From assembly GCA_963702845.1 (NCBI GenBank), contig OY969763.1, forward strand, positions 352,001 through 416,000: a stretch of DNA of 64,000 nt, given 5' to 3'. The stretch comes from an uncultured Verrucomicrobiae bacterium (GTDB lineage: Bacteria > Verrucomicrobiota > Verrucomicrobiia > Limisphaerales > Palsa-1400). A model generated the notes under the pieces. It was not told the DNA's origin. It did no database searches and worked only from the letters and a program-made list of their open reading frames with translations. Within the stretch, counting starts at the first letter, position 1. Each line of letters begins with the position of its first letter. Positions 19,453 to 29,913 of the stretch are shown in pieces. The position numbers and the translations under genes are program-made.

Positions 19453-20208
19453 TTACTTTGCTCCTGCACCTGCCAAAAGCCAGTCATAGCCGCGTTCTTC
19501 CAATTCGAACGCCAATTCCTTGCCGCCGGACTTGACGATCTGGCCTTCGGCCAAAACGTGCACGAAATCGGGCACGATATAATTGAGCAAGCGTTGGTAG
19601 TGCGTAATAACAATCGCCGAGTTATCGGGCCGGCGCAACTTGGTGACGCCACCGGCGACGATTTTCAAAGCGTCGATGTCGAGGCCGGAATCGGTTTCGT
19701 CGAGAATGGCGAGTTTGGGTTCGAGGACGGCCATTTGGAAAATCTCGTTGCGCTTCTTTTCACCGCCGGAAAAGCCTTCGTTGACGGGGCGGCTAAGCAG
19801 ACTCGGGTCAAGATCGAGCAGTTTCATCTTCTGCTTTACGAGCGCGAGGAACTCGATGGCGTCCAGTTCGGATTGGCCCTTGGCTTTGCGGCATTCGTTG
19901 AGGGCGGCTTTCAGGAAATAAGTGCTGTTTACGCCGGGAATTTCGACCGGGTATTGGAACGCGAGAAAAATGCCCTGTTGCGCGCGTTCTTCGGGTTTGA
20001 GTTCGAGCAGGTCTTTGCCTTCGTAGGTGATGCTGCCGCTGAGGACTTCGTAGTCGGGTTTGCCCGCGAGGACGGAGGCCAAGGTGCTTTTGCCGGAGCC
20101 ATTTGGGCCCATGACTGCGTGAACTTCGCCCGGTTTGACGGTGAGGTTAAGGTTTTTAAGGATCTCCTTGCCGTCGACGCCGGCGCACAAATTGCGAATC
20201 TCTAGCAT
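19453..20208 (-). CDS. sufC: Fe-S cluster assembly ATPase SufC
   Basis: MGPNGSGKS, FQYPVEIPGV, FSGGEKKRNE, LDETDSGLDID. Confidence 0.96.
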   Translation of the reverse strand: MLEIRNLCAGVDGKEILKNLNLTVKPGEVHAVMGPNGSGKSTLASVLAGKPDYEVLSGSITYEGKDLLELKPEERAQQGIFLAFQYPVEIPGVNSTYFLKAALNECRKAKGQSELDAIEFLALVKQKMKLLDLDPSLLSRPVNEGFSGGEKKRNEIFQMAVLEPKLAILDETDSGLDIDALKIVAGGVTKLRRPDNSAIVITHYQRLLNYIVPDFVHVLAEGQIVKSGGKELAFELEERGYDWLLAGAGAK

Positions 20209-20221
20209 ATAAAATTGAAAT

Positions 20222-20238
20222 CGGACTAATTTAGTCCG
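20222..20238. promoter_or_regulatory. Palindromic operator candidate upstream of sufC
   Basis: cggactaa-t-ttagtccg, perfect 8-bp inverted repeat 13 bp before the sufC start. Confidence 0.6.
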
Positions 20239-20472
20239 CTTAGCAAGCTTAGGACATTCGAGGTGCTTGTCAAACCTCTGACGTGGCCGCCTAGAAGGTT
20301 TACCGACCACCATGGTTAGGTGAAAGCGCAAACCGCCTCCGAAACACCCGACAAAGACGCCGCCGTGCAAGTCTTACCTCGGTCTTAAACGAGCGGGCCC
20401 GTCATGCTCGCCAATCCCGAAACAACCTTGGCAACATTGCCTGGCTGTCCTATTCTCAGGTAGAAAGGCACA

Positions 20473-23400
20473 ATGACCTCTGGCATCCAGTTCATCCTCA
20501 ACGGGGAATCGATCGAATTAGCCGACTGTTCCACAAACCTGACTTTATTGGAATATCTGCGCGCCAGTGGTCGCACAGGTTCCAAGGAAGGCTGCGCGGA
20601 AGGCGACTGCGGCGCGTGTTCTGTCGCAATTGTCGATCGCGATGCCGATGGTCACGCAGTTTACCGCGCCATCAATAGCTGCCTTGTTCCGGTCTGTTTG
20701 ATGCACGGCCGCGAAATCGTGACCGTTGAAGGCGTCGCTGGTGGATGCAAAGAACTTCATCCCGTCCAGCAAAGCATGGTCGAAAATTTCGGCTCCCAAT
20801 GCGGCTACTGCACACCTGGTTTTGTTGCCTCTCTTTTCGAAGGCTACCATCGCAAAGACATCAAGACACGCGATCAACTCGACGATCAACTTTGCGGCAA
20901 CCTCTGCCGTTGCACCGGTTATCGCCCAATCGTCGATGCCGCAATTCAAGCCTACGCGAACAAGAGCGCGAACAGCCTTGCTCCCGAGTTCAAAGGCCTC
21001 GCCACTGCCCGCTACGAGCACAACGACGAAACCTTCCTTCGTCCGACCACGATAAAAGATCTCCTCTGTGCCATCGGCGAATATCCACAAGCCAAGCTTA
21101 TCGCCGGCGCAACCGAACTCGGTCTGGAAATCACCAAGAAATTTAAAAAACTGCAAACGCTCATTTCCGTCGAAGCCGTTTCCGAGTTGAAGGAAATCAA
21201 ATGCACGGAAGCGGAGTGGCACATCGGCGCCGCCGTCACGCTCACCCAAATTGAAGAAAAACTCGCGCAGGAATATCCCGCGCTCGGTGACATGCTCCGC
21301 GTTTTCGGCTCACGCCAGATTCGCAACCGCGCAACAATGGGCGGCAACATCGTCACCGCTTCGCCGATCGGCGACAGCGCTCCCGTGCTGCTCGCGCTCG
21401 ACGCGAGCGTTGTATTGGCCTCAACCAATCGCGAACGCACACTGCCCATCGACCAATTCTTCGTCGCCTATCGCAAAACCGCTCTGCAACCCGGCGAAAT
21501 TCTCAAGACCATCATCATCCCGCGCGCCATCTCGGGTAGGGACGATCGCGCTGCGTCGTCCACTCTGAACCGTAAATTTTGGTGGCACAAAGTTTCCAAG
21601 CGCCGCGAGATGGACATCAGCACCGTTGCCGGCTGCTTCGTTCTCGATCTCGATGCCAACAACATCATCCGCCATGCCCGTTTGTCTTACGGCGGTGTTT
21701 CCGCGCTGCCGAGTCGCGCGCGCAAGACCGAAGCCGCCTTGCTCAACAAACCATGGACCAGGGCCACGCTCGACGAGGCGTTGTCCATTGTTGAAACAGA
21801 ATTTACGCCGATCTCGGACGCCCGCGGCACCGCCGAGTATCGCCGCGGACTTATTAGCAGCTTGTTGGAAAAGTTTTTCGTCGAATACGAACCCTCCGAT
21901 TCGCGCCGTACGAAATCGCCGGCTCTCCCCGTCTCAACGAAGCCGCAATGCACTCCGCACGAGAGCGGCCACAAGCACGTCTCGGGCTCAGCAGTTTATG
22001 TCGATGACCAAATTGCGCCACGTCACGCCCTCGAGGTGTGGCCTGTCTGCTCGCCACACGCCCGCGCAAAAATCCTGAAACGCGACGCCGCCAACGCCCG
22101 CAAGATGCCGGGTATCAAAGCCGTGTTGCTTGCCGAAGATGTCCCCGGTTTGAACGACATCGGCATGAAAAACGACGAGCCCTTGCTCGCCACAACAGAC
22201 GCCTTATTTCACGGTCAAATCATCGCGCTCGTCGTCGGTGAAACGCTCGAGGCCTGCCGCGCCGCCGCGGAAAAAATCATCGTTGAATACGAACCGCTGA
22301 AGCCCATTCTCACCTTTCCTGAGGCAATGGCTGCCGGAAGTTTTCACAACGAACCCAATTTCATCCGTCGCGGCGACATCGATTCCACCCTCAAAAACGC
22401 GGAGCATTCCATCGAAGGTGAATTCGAATTCGGCGGCCAGGAACATTTCTATTTAGAAATGCAGGCTGCGTGGGCCGAACCCGGTGAAGACGGGACGATG
22501 CTCATTTCATCCTCCACCCAGCACCCAAGCGAAGTCCAACTCGTTATCTCACACCTGCTCCACACACCGTCCAACAAAATCGTTGTCCAGTGTCCACGGA
22601 TGGGTGGCGGTTTCGGCGGTAAAGAAACTCAAGCCGCAACACCAGCCGCACTCGCTGCATTGGCTGCATCGAAAACCGGTCGTGCCGTTCGCGTTCATTT
22701 CAATCGCGATCAGGACATGATGCTCACCGGCCATCGTCATCCGTTCCACGCGAAGTTCAAAGTCGCTTTCAACACAGCCGGCGAACTACTCGGCGCACGC
22801 GTCCATTTGACCTCCAATGGCGGTTGGGCTCAGGACCTGTCGCAAGCCGTCACCGACCGCGCATTATTTCATCTCGATAACTCTTATTACATTCCATCCG
22901 TCGAGTTCCGCGGCCAGGTCGCCAAAACCAATCTTTCGTCGAACACCGCGTTTCGCGGTTTCGGCGGCCCGCAAGGCCTGTTGGTCATCGAAGAAATTAT
23001 CGATCGCGTTTCCCGCAAACTGAATCTCTCACCCGAAATCGTTCGCGAACGAAATCTCTATCGCGGTAAAGGCGAGACCAACACCACTCATTACGGCCAG
23101 GAGATTGAAGACAACCGCATCCAAACCGTCTGGCATGAATTGAAGAAAACCAGCGACTTTGCGCAACGCCGTGCAGAAATCACGAAGTGGAACGCCGCAC
23201 ACCCGAATCACAAACGTGGCCTCGCCATGACACCGGTGAAGTTCGGCATCAGCTTCACCGTCACGCACCTCAACCAGGCGGGTGCGTTCGTCTTGATCTA
23301 TCAAGACGGCACCGTCCAGGTAAACCACGGCGGAACGGAAATGGGGCAGGGGTTGCACACCAACATCCGTATCATCGCCGCTAAAGAACTCGGCACGACC

Positions 23401-24252
23401 TTGGACACCGTGCGCGTGATGACGACAAGCACCGACAAAGTTCCCAACACCTCCGCCACCGCCGCCAGCGTTGGCACCGACATCAACGGCGCTGCCGTGC
23501 AGAATGCCTGCGAAATCTTGCGCGACCGTTTAATTCCCGTCGCCAAAGTTTTGTTAAAGGAGAAGTTCAACATCGACGCCAACACGATCGTTTTCCAGGA
23601 CGGCAAAGTTTTTTCTCCCACTCACCGACTGCCAGACTCATCAACTCACGTCTTAACTTTCGCCGAGGTCGCCAAGAAAGCCTACATTCTCCGCACGCCC
23701 TTAAGCGCCACCGGCTATTACGCCACGCCCGGAATCCACTGGGATCGCGTTGCCGGCAAAGGCAAACCCTTCCACTACTTCGCTTACGGCGCGGCAGTGT
23801 CCGAAGTCGAAATCGACCGTTTCACCGGCATGCATCAAGTCCTCCGAGTCGACGTTCTCCACGACGTCGGAGGCGCGGTCAACGAAGGTATCAGCAAAGG
23901 CCAAGTCGAAGGCGGTTTTGTTCAAGGCATGGGTTGGCTGACGACCGAAGAATTGAAATGGGACGACAAAGGCCGCTTGCTCACGCACTCGCCCGACACT
24001 TACAAAATTCCGGCGATTGGCGACACGCCGCAAATCTTCAATGTCAACTTGCTCAAAAATGCGGCGCAAAAAACGGTTATCTACGGCAGTAAAGCAGTCG
24101 GCGAACCGCCGTTCATGCTGGCAATCTCCGTTCGCGAAGCCATCCGCGATGCTGTGGCCGCCTTCGGCGCTAACGGCGCAGTCCCGCTCGCTTCACCGGC
24201 AACGTGTGAAGCCATTTGGATGGCCATTCGAAATGGCCGCGTGGCCGCTTAA
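20473..24252 (+). CDS. xdhB: Xanthine dehydrogenase, fused small (2Fe-2S/FAD) and molybdopterin subunits
   Basis: KEGCAEGDCGAC, SQCGYCTPG, GNLCRCTGY, MGGGFGGKE, AFRGFGGPQ, SKAVGEPP. Confidence 0.93.
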   Translation: MTSGIQFILNGESIELADCSTNLTLLEYLRASGRTGSKEGCAEGDCGACSVAIVDRDADGHAVYRAINSCLVPVCLMHGREIVTVEGVAGGCKELHPVQQSMVENFGSQCGYCTPGFVASLFEGYHRKDIKTRDQLDDQLCGNLCRCTGYRPIVDAAIQAYANKSANSLAPEFKGLATARYEHNDETFLRPTTIKDLLCAIGEYPQAKLIAGATELGLEITKKFKKLQTLISVEAVSELKEIKCTEAEWHIGAAVTLTQIEEKLAQEYPALGDMLRVFGSRQIRNRATMGGNIVTASPIGDSAPVLLALDASVVLASTNRERTLPIDQFFVAYRKTALQPGEILKTIIIPRAISGRDDRAASSTLNRKFWWHKVSKRREMDISTVAGCFVLDLDANNIIRHARLSYGGVSALPSRARKTEAALLNKPWTRATLDEALSIVETEFTPISDARGTAEYRRGLISSLLEKFFVEYEPSDSRRTKSPALPVSTKPQCTPHESGHKHVSGSAVYVDDQIAPRHALEVWPVCSPHARAKILKRDAANARKMPGIKAVLLAEDVPGLNDIGMKNDEPLLATTDALFHGQIIALVVGETLEACRAAAEKIIVEYEPLKPILTFPEAMAAGSFHNEPNFIRRGDIDSTLKNAEHSIEGEFEFGGQEHFYLEMQAAWAEPGEDGTMLISSSTQHPSEVQLVISHLLHTPSNKIVVQCPRMGGGFGGKETQAATPAALAALAASKTGRAVRVHFNRDQDMMLTGHRHPFHAKFKVAFNTAGELLGARVHLTSNGGWAQDLSQAVTDRALFHLDNSYYIPSVEFRGQVAKTNLSSNTAFRGFGGPQGLLVIEEIIDRVSRKLNLSPEIVRERNLYRGKGETNTTHYGQEIEDNRIQTVWHELKKTSDFAQRRAEITKWNAAHPNHKRGLAMTPVKFGISFTVTHLNQAGAFVLIYQDGTVQVNHGGTEMGQGLHTNIRIIAAKELGTTLDTVRVMTTSTDKVPNTSATAASVGTDINGAAVQNACEILRDRLIPVAKVLLKEKFNIDANTIVFQDGKVFSPTHRLPDSSTHVLTFAEVAKKAYILRTPLSATGYYATPGIHWDRVAGKGKPFHYFAYGAAVSEVEIDRFTGMHQVLRVDVLHDVGGAVNEGISKGQVEGGFVQGMGWLTTEELKWDDKGRLLTHSPDTYKIPAIGDTPQIFNVNLLKNAAQKTVIYGSKAVGEPPFMLAISVREAIRDAVAAFGANGAVPLASPATCEAIWMAIRNGRVAA
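21536..21561 (+). repeat. GTAG-type REP-like palindrome in-frame within xdh
   Basis: GTAG-GGACGA-tcgcgctgcg-TCGTCC. Confidence 0.65.
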
Positions 24253-24290
24253 CGGCGCTACGCATTGATCTTTGACATAAAAAAATGAAA

Positions 24291-24318
24291 AACCGGAGCA
24301 GCTTGCGCTACTCCGGTT
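24291..24318. terminator. Hairpin between convergent genes (terminator mainly for the minus-strand gene)
   Basis: aaccggagcagc-ttgc-gctactccggtt with an upstream A tract. Confidence 0.65.
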
Positions 24319-24341
24319 CAGACTCCGTTCGTTAAATCAGT

Positions 24342-24983
24342 TTATTTTTGATCCGGAGCTTGTTGTTGTTGCGGAGCTTGGGCGCCGGAGGCTTCATTGA
24401 TGTTGCCTCGGACTTCCACGTTCGGATTGCCGTTCTTATCAATGGAGACATCCTCCTTGCGAACCTGCGATTGGATGTTGACCTGTTGCGTTGACGAGTC
24501 CTTATGCGCAATCACAGAGCCAGTTTGAACAGTTTGTTTTTGAATAACGGGCTGTTCATTCTGCAGCTGGATAGCCACGGATTTGTCCTGGAACGCTTGG
24601 CCCTGCGCTGCACTGCTGGTAGCTGCGCCGGCTGGTGCGCGTTCAACAACGACATGTTCATGACGCAACTCCACTGGCACACTCACCGTTTCGGTGGTTG
24701 TGAATTTGCGAAGTTGCACCTCGCTGGGAACCTCCTGCTTCCCGACGTTCACCCGCTCTTCATACAACGGGATGGCTACCTCGTTGCCAGTCGCCGCTGT
24801 TGGAGCCGGCATGGCTTGAGCGCCGCTTGCTTCAGACGTTGTCGTCGTGCTATAGGCCGTTTGCCCGCATGGTTGTTTCTCTCCGCATGGTTCGTTCGAT
24901 GCGTAGTGATGATGAGTTGCACATGCTGACAAAAAGCCAGCTACCGAGATGATTCCTGTCACATAACTTAGTTGTTTGATCAT
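24342..24983 (-). CDS. YsnF/AvaK (DUF2382) domain lipoprotein
   Basis: Lipobox LSAC; IPLYEERVNVGK, VPVELRHEHVVVER, VRKEDV; ATG 24983. Confidence 0.8.
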   Translation of the reverse strand: MIKQLSYVTGIISVAGFLSACATHHHYASNEPCGEKQPCGQTAYSTTTTSEASGAQAMPAPTAATGNEVAIPLYEERVNVGKQEVPSEVQLRKFTTTETVSVPVELRHEHVVVERAPAGAATSSAAQGQAFQDKSVAIQLQNEQPVIQKQTVQTGSVIAHKDSSTQQVNIQSQVRKEDVSIDKNGNPNVEVRGNINEASGAQAPQQQQAPDQK

Positions 24984-25157
24984 ATTGTATTCCCTCCTTA
25001 TGCCGACATTCGATGACATACCTTTTTCACGCAACCTACTGTTTACCTGATTGTGAGGGTAAAGTTCCTGTATCCACCTGTAGTGGCATGGATGATGATT
25101 GCATGTGCGTTCTTTAGTTATTCCATTGGTCAATCGTGATGCGTTAGACTGAGGTGC

Positions 25158-26865
25158 ATGAGGAATCTTAATCATCGCCTCGCTGTTGCACGCGGGGAAA
25201 TTCCTGCCGAACTCGTCTTCAAAAACGCTCGCATCGTCAATGTTCTTAGCGGCGAAATTCACGAAGGAAATGTCGCTGTCGACGGTGGTCGCGTCATTGG
25301 TGTCGGCGATTACAAAGGGCGCAAAACGATCAATCTTCGCGGCGCTTATCTCGCCCCCAGTTTGATTGATGGCCATTTCCATATCGAAAGCGCGCAGTTA
25401 ACCGCCGTCGAATTCGCCCGCGCCGTAGTACCCTCATGGCACCGGCGCTCTGGTCATTGATCCGCACGAATACGCCAACGTTCTGGGCCTCGACGGTATC
25501 CGCTACGTTTTGGAATCGACGAAAAATTTGCCGCTCGATTTTTTCATCATGCTCCCATCCTGCGTCCCGGCGACTCATCTCGAGACAGCCGGCGCGCGCA
25601 TCACTGCGGACGACCTGCGCCTGATGATTTCTGACGAGCGCGTGGCCGGCGTTGCTGAATTGATGAACTATCCGGGCGTTTATCTCGGGACCAAAAGTGA
25701 GTTGGCCAAAATCGAAGTGGGTAAAGGCAAAGCGGTCGATGGACATGCGCCGGGTTTGCGCGGCAAAAATTTAAATGCTTATGCGCTGGCGGGCGTTCGT
25801 TCCGATCACGAATCCACCGAACTCGACGAAGCCCGTGAAAAGCTTCGGGTCGGAATGCATCTTCTCGTGCGGGAAGGCAGCACCGAACGCAATCTCGAAC
25901 ACATCATCGGCCTAGTGACTCCGCATAATGCGGCGAATTGTTCTTTTGCGACCGACGACAAACTCGCTGGAGATCTGGTCAACGAAGGCCATATCGATTT
26001 CGCCGTCCGCAAAGCGATCTCGCTCGGTGTCGCGCCGATTAGCGCGATTCAAATGGCCACGATCAATACCGCGCGCCATTATCGCTTACATAATCTAGGG
26101 GCGATCGCGCCGCGTTATTGGGCTGACTTCATCGTTTTTGACGACCTCAAGAAATTCAAGGTCCGCCAAACGTATAAAAAGGGTCTGCTGGTTGCTGAGG
26201 ATGGAAAATATTTGTGCAAGAATATCGCCGCAACGCCGTTACCGCGCAGCACGATGAATCTTCGTTACAAACCTCGCGATTTCGTGGTCGCCGCTAATGG
26301 CAAAAAACGCATCAAGATCATCCAGATTGTTCCAAATCAAATCGTCACAAAACAGGTCATCGAAAAACCAACGGTCTTTAACGGCGAAGTTGTCCCCGAC
26401 ACAAAACGTGACATTCTGAAACTGGTCGTGGTCGAACGCCATCATGCGACAGGCAACGTCGGCGTCGGTTTTGTGCGAGGGTTCACATTGAAAGAAGGCG
26501 CGATTGCCTCAACGGTCGCCCATGACGCTCACAACGTGGTGGTTGCCGGAACGAACACGGCTGATATTTGTGTGGCAATCGAACGTCTGGAACGACTGCA
26601 AGGTGGCCAGGTCGCAGTTCGCGATGGCAAGGTCATCGCGGAACTTCCGTTGCCGATCGCCGGTTTGGTTTCGGACTGTCCGCTCGACGAAGTGATCAAA
26701 CGTCTCGATAAGCTGAATGCGGCCGCTCGCGCCATGGGTTGTAAACTGGAAGCGCCATTTATGACACTGTCGTTCCTAAGTCTTTCGCCCATCCCGGAAT
26801 TGAAGTTGACCGACCAGGGATTGATAGACGCCACCCACCTGCGTAAAACGACGCTTTTCGTTTGA
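25158..26865 (+). pseudogene. ade: Adenine deaminase with one +1 frameshift near 25431 (pseudogene or sequencing error)
   Basis: LIDGHFHIES in the first frame; HGT..VIDPHE, ELMNYPG, DGHAP, DHE, TDD and AHDAHN in the shifted frame. Confidence 0.85.
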
Positions 26866-26902
26866 ACTTTCAACCATTAACCCCAAACCCTAAACTGAAC
26901 CG

Positions 26903-27388
26903 ATGCAAGATAGTGCCAAGCAGGATTTGAAATTTATCGAGGCAGCGATTCGTTTGTCCGGCGAACATATGCGCGCAAACGACGGCGGACCTTTCGGGGC
27001 AGTCGTCGTTAAAAATGGCGAAATCGTCGCTACAGGGTGGAATAGGGTTACCTCGACGAATGACCCGACCGCGCACGCCGAAGTCACTGCTATCCGCAAC
27101 GCCTGCTCTAAACTCAACACGTTTCAACTCAACGGTTGCGTTCTTTATACCAGTTGCGAGCCGTGCCCGATGTGTCTTGCGTCCGCTTATTGGGCGCGGG
27201 TTGATCGGATTGTTTTTGCCGCCACACGGCAAGACGCGGCCAAAATTGGTTTCGACGACGAATTTCTTTACCAGGAAATCGCCTGCGCGTTGGAGAAACG
27301 GAAAATACCTACCCAACAACTTTCGCGCGAAGATGCCACGAAGATTTTTGCTGAATGGGAAGCGAAAACTGACAAGATTCGCTACTGA
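26903..27388 (+). CDS. guaD: Guanine deaminase (cytidine/deoxycytidylate deaminase fold)
   Basis: GGPFGAVVV, NDPTAHAE, SCEPCPMC, GFDD.F.Y.E; purine context. Confidence 0.85.
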   Translation: MQDSAKQDLKFIEAAIRLSGEHMRANDGGPFGAVVVKNGEIVATGWNRVTSTNDPTAHAEVTAIRNACSKLNTFQLNGCVLYTSCEPCPMCLASAYWARVDRIVFAATRQDAAKIGFDDEFLYQEIACALEKRKIPTQQLSREDATKIFAEWEAKTDKIRY

Positions 27389-29913
27389 TGAATCGGCTGA
27401 CTCGATGTTTGATCGCGGCGCTTGCTTGCGTTTGCATTTCTACATTCGGAACACAACTGCCCGGCCCTCTGCCTGACGGCGGTGTTCAATTGCCCAACCA
27501 ATGGCAATTGCGTCCAGCGGGAAAACAAATTCCTCTCGACAACTACCCGGTCAACATTGCGATGCATCCGAGCGGCAAGCAGGCCATCGTTTTGCATTCC
27601 GGTTATGGTCCACACGAGTTGGTGGTCGTTGATCTTCAGTCGGAAACAGTCACGCAACACGTTGCGCTAAGCGAAGCGTTTTATGGCGTTGTCGTTTCGG
27701 CCGATGGTAAACAGGCTTATTGCAGTGGTGCGGGAGATGAAGTCGTGCACCGATACGATTTCGTGCGCGGACAGTTGACCAATGGCACTTCGATCAAAAT
27801 TCACGACAAAGTTCTTCGGGGAGTGCCGAGCGGGCTCGCCTTGAATAAGGCGCAAAATCATTTGTTCGTCGCAAATGTTTGGGGCGATTGCATCAGTGCC
27901 GTTGACCTTCCGTCGGAGAAGGTGATCGATATTCTTTTAGGCACGCGGCCGTTATCGAAGACGCTCAATCCCGTTATCCCGTCTGAGAAATTCGACACTG
28001 CCGAAGGCGCGGAGCGGCGCTTTGAAATCGGTTTTTACGAAACGTCACCAGACGATTCTTGCCCATATACGTGCCTCTTGGATGAAAAAACGCATCGCCT
28101 GTATGTCAGCCAATGGGCACAGGCGTCGGTGCGAGTGATTGATTCTAACTCTCTCAAGCCAATCGCCGCATGGCGTTGCGAAGAGCATCCATGCGAAATG
28201 GCGCTGACGCGCAATGGCAGTTTGCTCTATGTGGCTAACGCAAATCTGAACACGGTGACTGTGTTCGACACAAAGTTTGGCCGCGCAATCGAAACGTTGT
28301 CGGCGAGCCTGTATGCCAGTTCACCTCCCGGGTCCACACCGAACAGCCTCGCCCTTTCGCCCGATGAAAAAACTCTCTACGTCGCCAACGCAACGCTCAA
28401 TGCGATTGCTGTTTTTGATGTCAGCACTAAAGGCAAAGGCCGTTCACTGGGTTTTATTCCTGTCGGGTGGTATCCGACGTCTGTTCGAGTGACGCCCGAT
28501 GGCAAACGTCTGATCGTCGCGAACGCGTGCGGCGTGACGGCTAAACCGAACTACGTTCACGGCGAAAGACTCAAAATCCAAACCTTGTTCCCAGGCACCT
28601 TGGACATCATCGATCTTCCGCATGGGAAAGATGCTGAAGGGCAATTTTCCAAATGGACCGCTGAGGTTTATCAGTGCTCGCCGTTGAAAGATAAAGCTGC
28701 GGCACCTCCGCCGTCGTCCCCCGACAATCCGGTTCCCGCTCGAGTTGGCGATGCCAGCCCGATTAAATTCGTTCTCTACATCGTCAAAGAGAATCGCACT
28801 TACGATCAAGTGCTAGGCGACATGAAGGAAGGAAATGGCGAGCCGAAGATTTGCATTTTCGGCGAGCAGGTCACCCCGAACCAACACAAGATTTCGCGTG
28901 AATTCGTTCTGCTCGATAATTTTTACGCGGACGCGGAAGTCAGTGCCGACGGTCACGAATGGAGCATGGGCGCGTATTGCACTGATTTCGTCGAGAAGAT
29001 GTGGCGTATGAATTATGGCCACAACCGAAACGGCAAGTTCCCTTACGCAGCGGAAGGCTATTTTGAAATCGCCACGCCAGCGGGAGGTTATTTGTGGGAT
29101 ACGGCCAAACGCGCTGGCGTGAGCTATCGCAGTTACGGTGAGTTCGTCAGCTACGATCAACCGGCTGATAAACCCGCCCGCCCGCGTGTGAAATCGTTGG
29201 ACGGTCACATCGATCCAATGTACCGCGCGTTCGACATGAGCTATCGCGACGTCGATCGCACCAAGCGTTGGATCTCGGAATTTAATCGGCTGGAAAAAGC
29301 CGGTGAAATGCCGCGCCTGCAGATCATTCGTTTACCGGGAGATCACACGCATGGAACCAGCCCGAGATTCCAGTCCCCGGCCGCGTTCGTCGCCGAAAAT
29401 GATTATTGCGTGGGACAAATTTGTGAAACGGTAAGCAAGTCGTCGCTTTGGCCGCAAACGGCTATTTTCATTATTGAAGATGACGCTCAAAGCGGCTCCG
29501 ATCACGTCGATGCTCATCGAACTACGGCTTATGTCGTGAGTCCGTATACGCGTTTGGGGAAGACGGATTCGACGATGTATTCGACCAGTAGCATGTTGCG
29601 CACAATGGAACTCATTCTCGGCATGCAACCGATGAGCCAATTCGATGCAGCGGCGCGTCCGATGTATAATTCGTTCCAGGCAAAAGCAGACGTGCGTCCA
29701 TACGAGATCGTTCAACCGCAAATGGACATTAACCAAAAAAATGTCGCGGGCGCTTACGGTTCTGATTTCAAATTCAACTTCGCCAAAGAAGACGCGTGCG
29801 ATGACATTCTGCTGAACGATGTTATTTGGAAATCGGTGCGAGGTCGCGATTCAGTAATGCCCGCGCCGGTTCACGCTGCGTTTGTCTACAGTCATGTCGC
29901 TGACAACGACTAG
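27388..29913 (+). CDS. YVTN/YncE beta-propeller plus alkaline-phosphatase-like phosphoesterase, copy 1
   Basis: GFIPVGWYP, YIVKENRTYDQV, SADGH, EDDAQSGSDHVDAHR. Confidence 0.88.
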   Translation: MNRLTRCLIAALACVCISTFGTQLPGPLPDGGVQLPNQWQLRPAGKQIPLDNYPVNIAMHPSGKQAIVLHSGYGPHELVVVDLQSETVTQHVALSEAFYGVVVSADGKQAYCSGAGDEVVHRYDFVRGQLTNGTSIKIHDKVLRGVPSGLALNKAQNHLFVANVWGDCISAVDLPSEKVIDILLGTRPLSKTLNPVIPSEKFDTAEGAERRFEIGFYETSPDDSCPYTCLLDEKTHRLYVSQWAQASVRVIDSNSLKPIAAWRCEEHPCEMALTRNGSLLYVANANLNTVTVFDTKFGRAIETLSASLYASSPPGSTPNSLALSPDEKTLYVANATLNAIAVFDVSTKGKGRSLGFIPVGWYPTSVRVTPDGKRLIVANACGVTAKPNYVHGERLKIQTLFPGTLDIIDLPHGKDAEGQFSKWTAEVYQCSPLKDKAAAPPPSSPDNPVPARVGDASPIKFVLYIVKENRTYDQVLGDMKEGNGEPKICIFGEQVTPNQHKISREFVLLDNFYADAEVSADGHEWSMGAYCTDFVEKMWRMNYGHNRNGKFPYAAEGYFEIATPAGGYLWDTAKRAGVSYRSYGEFVSYDQPADKPARPRVKSLDGHIDPMYRAFDMSYRDVDRTKRWISEFNRLEKAGEMPRLQIIRLPGDHTHGTSPRFQSPAAFVAENDYCVGQICETVSKSSLWPQTAIFIIEDDAQSGSDHVDAHRTTAYVVSPYTRLGKTDSTMYSTSSMLRTMELILGMQPMSQFDAAARPMYNSFQAKADVRPYEIVQPQMDINQKNVAGAYGSDFKFNFAKEDACDDILLNDVIWKSVRGRDSVMPAPVHAAFVYSHVADND

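Noticed and set aside
19420..20205. Long antisense ORFs (also 35074-35874, 41409-42338, 47996-48955, 55516-56379, 61112-62476)
   Set aside because: Shadows of well-supported genes on the opposite strand; no recognisable motifs
24984..25382. N-terminal extension of the YsnF ORF
   Set aside because: Overlaps ade antisense; RBS (aggaggg) and lipoprotein signal support ATG 24983
25425..25440. Programmed ribosomal frameshift in ade
   Set aside because: No slippery heptamer or stimulatory structure seen; a simple indel is more parsimonious
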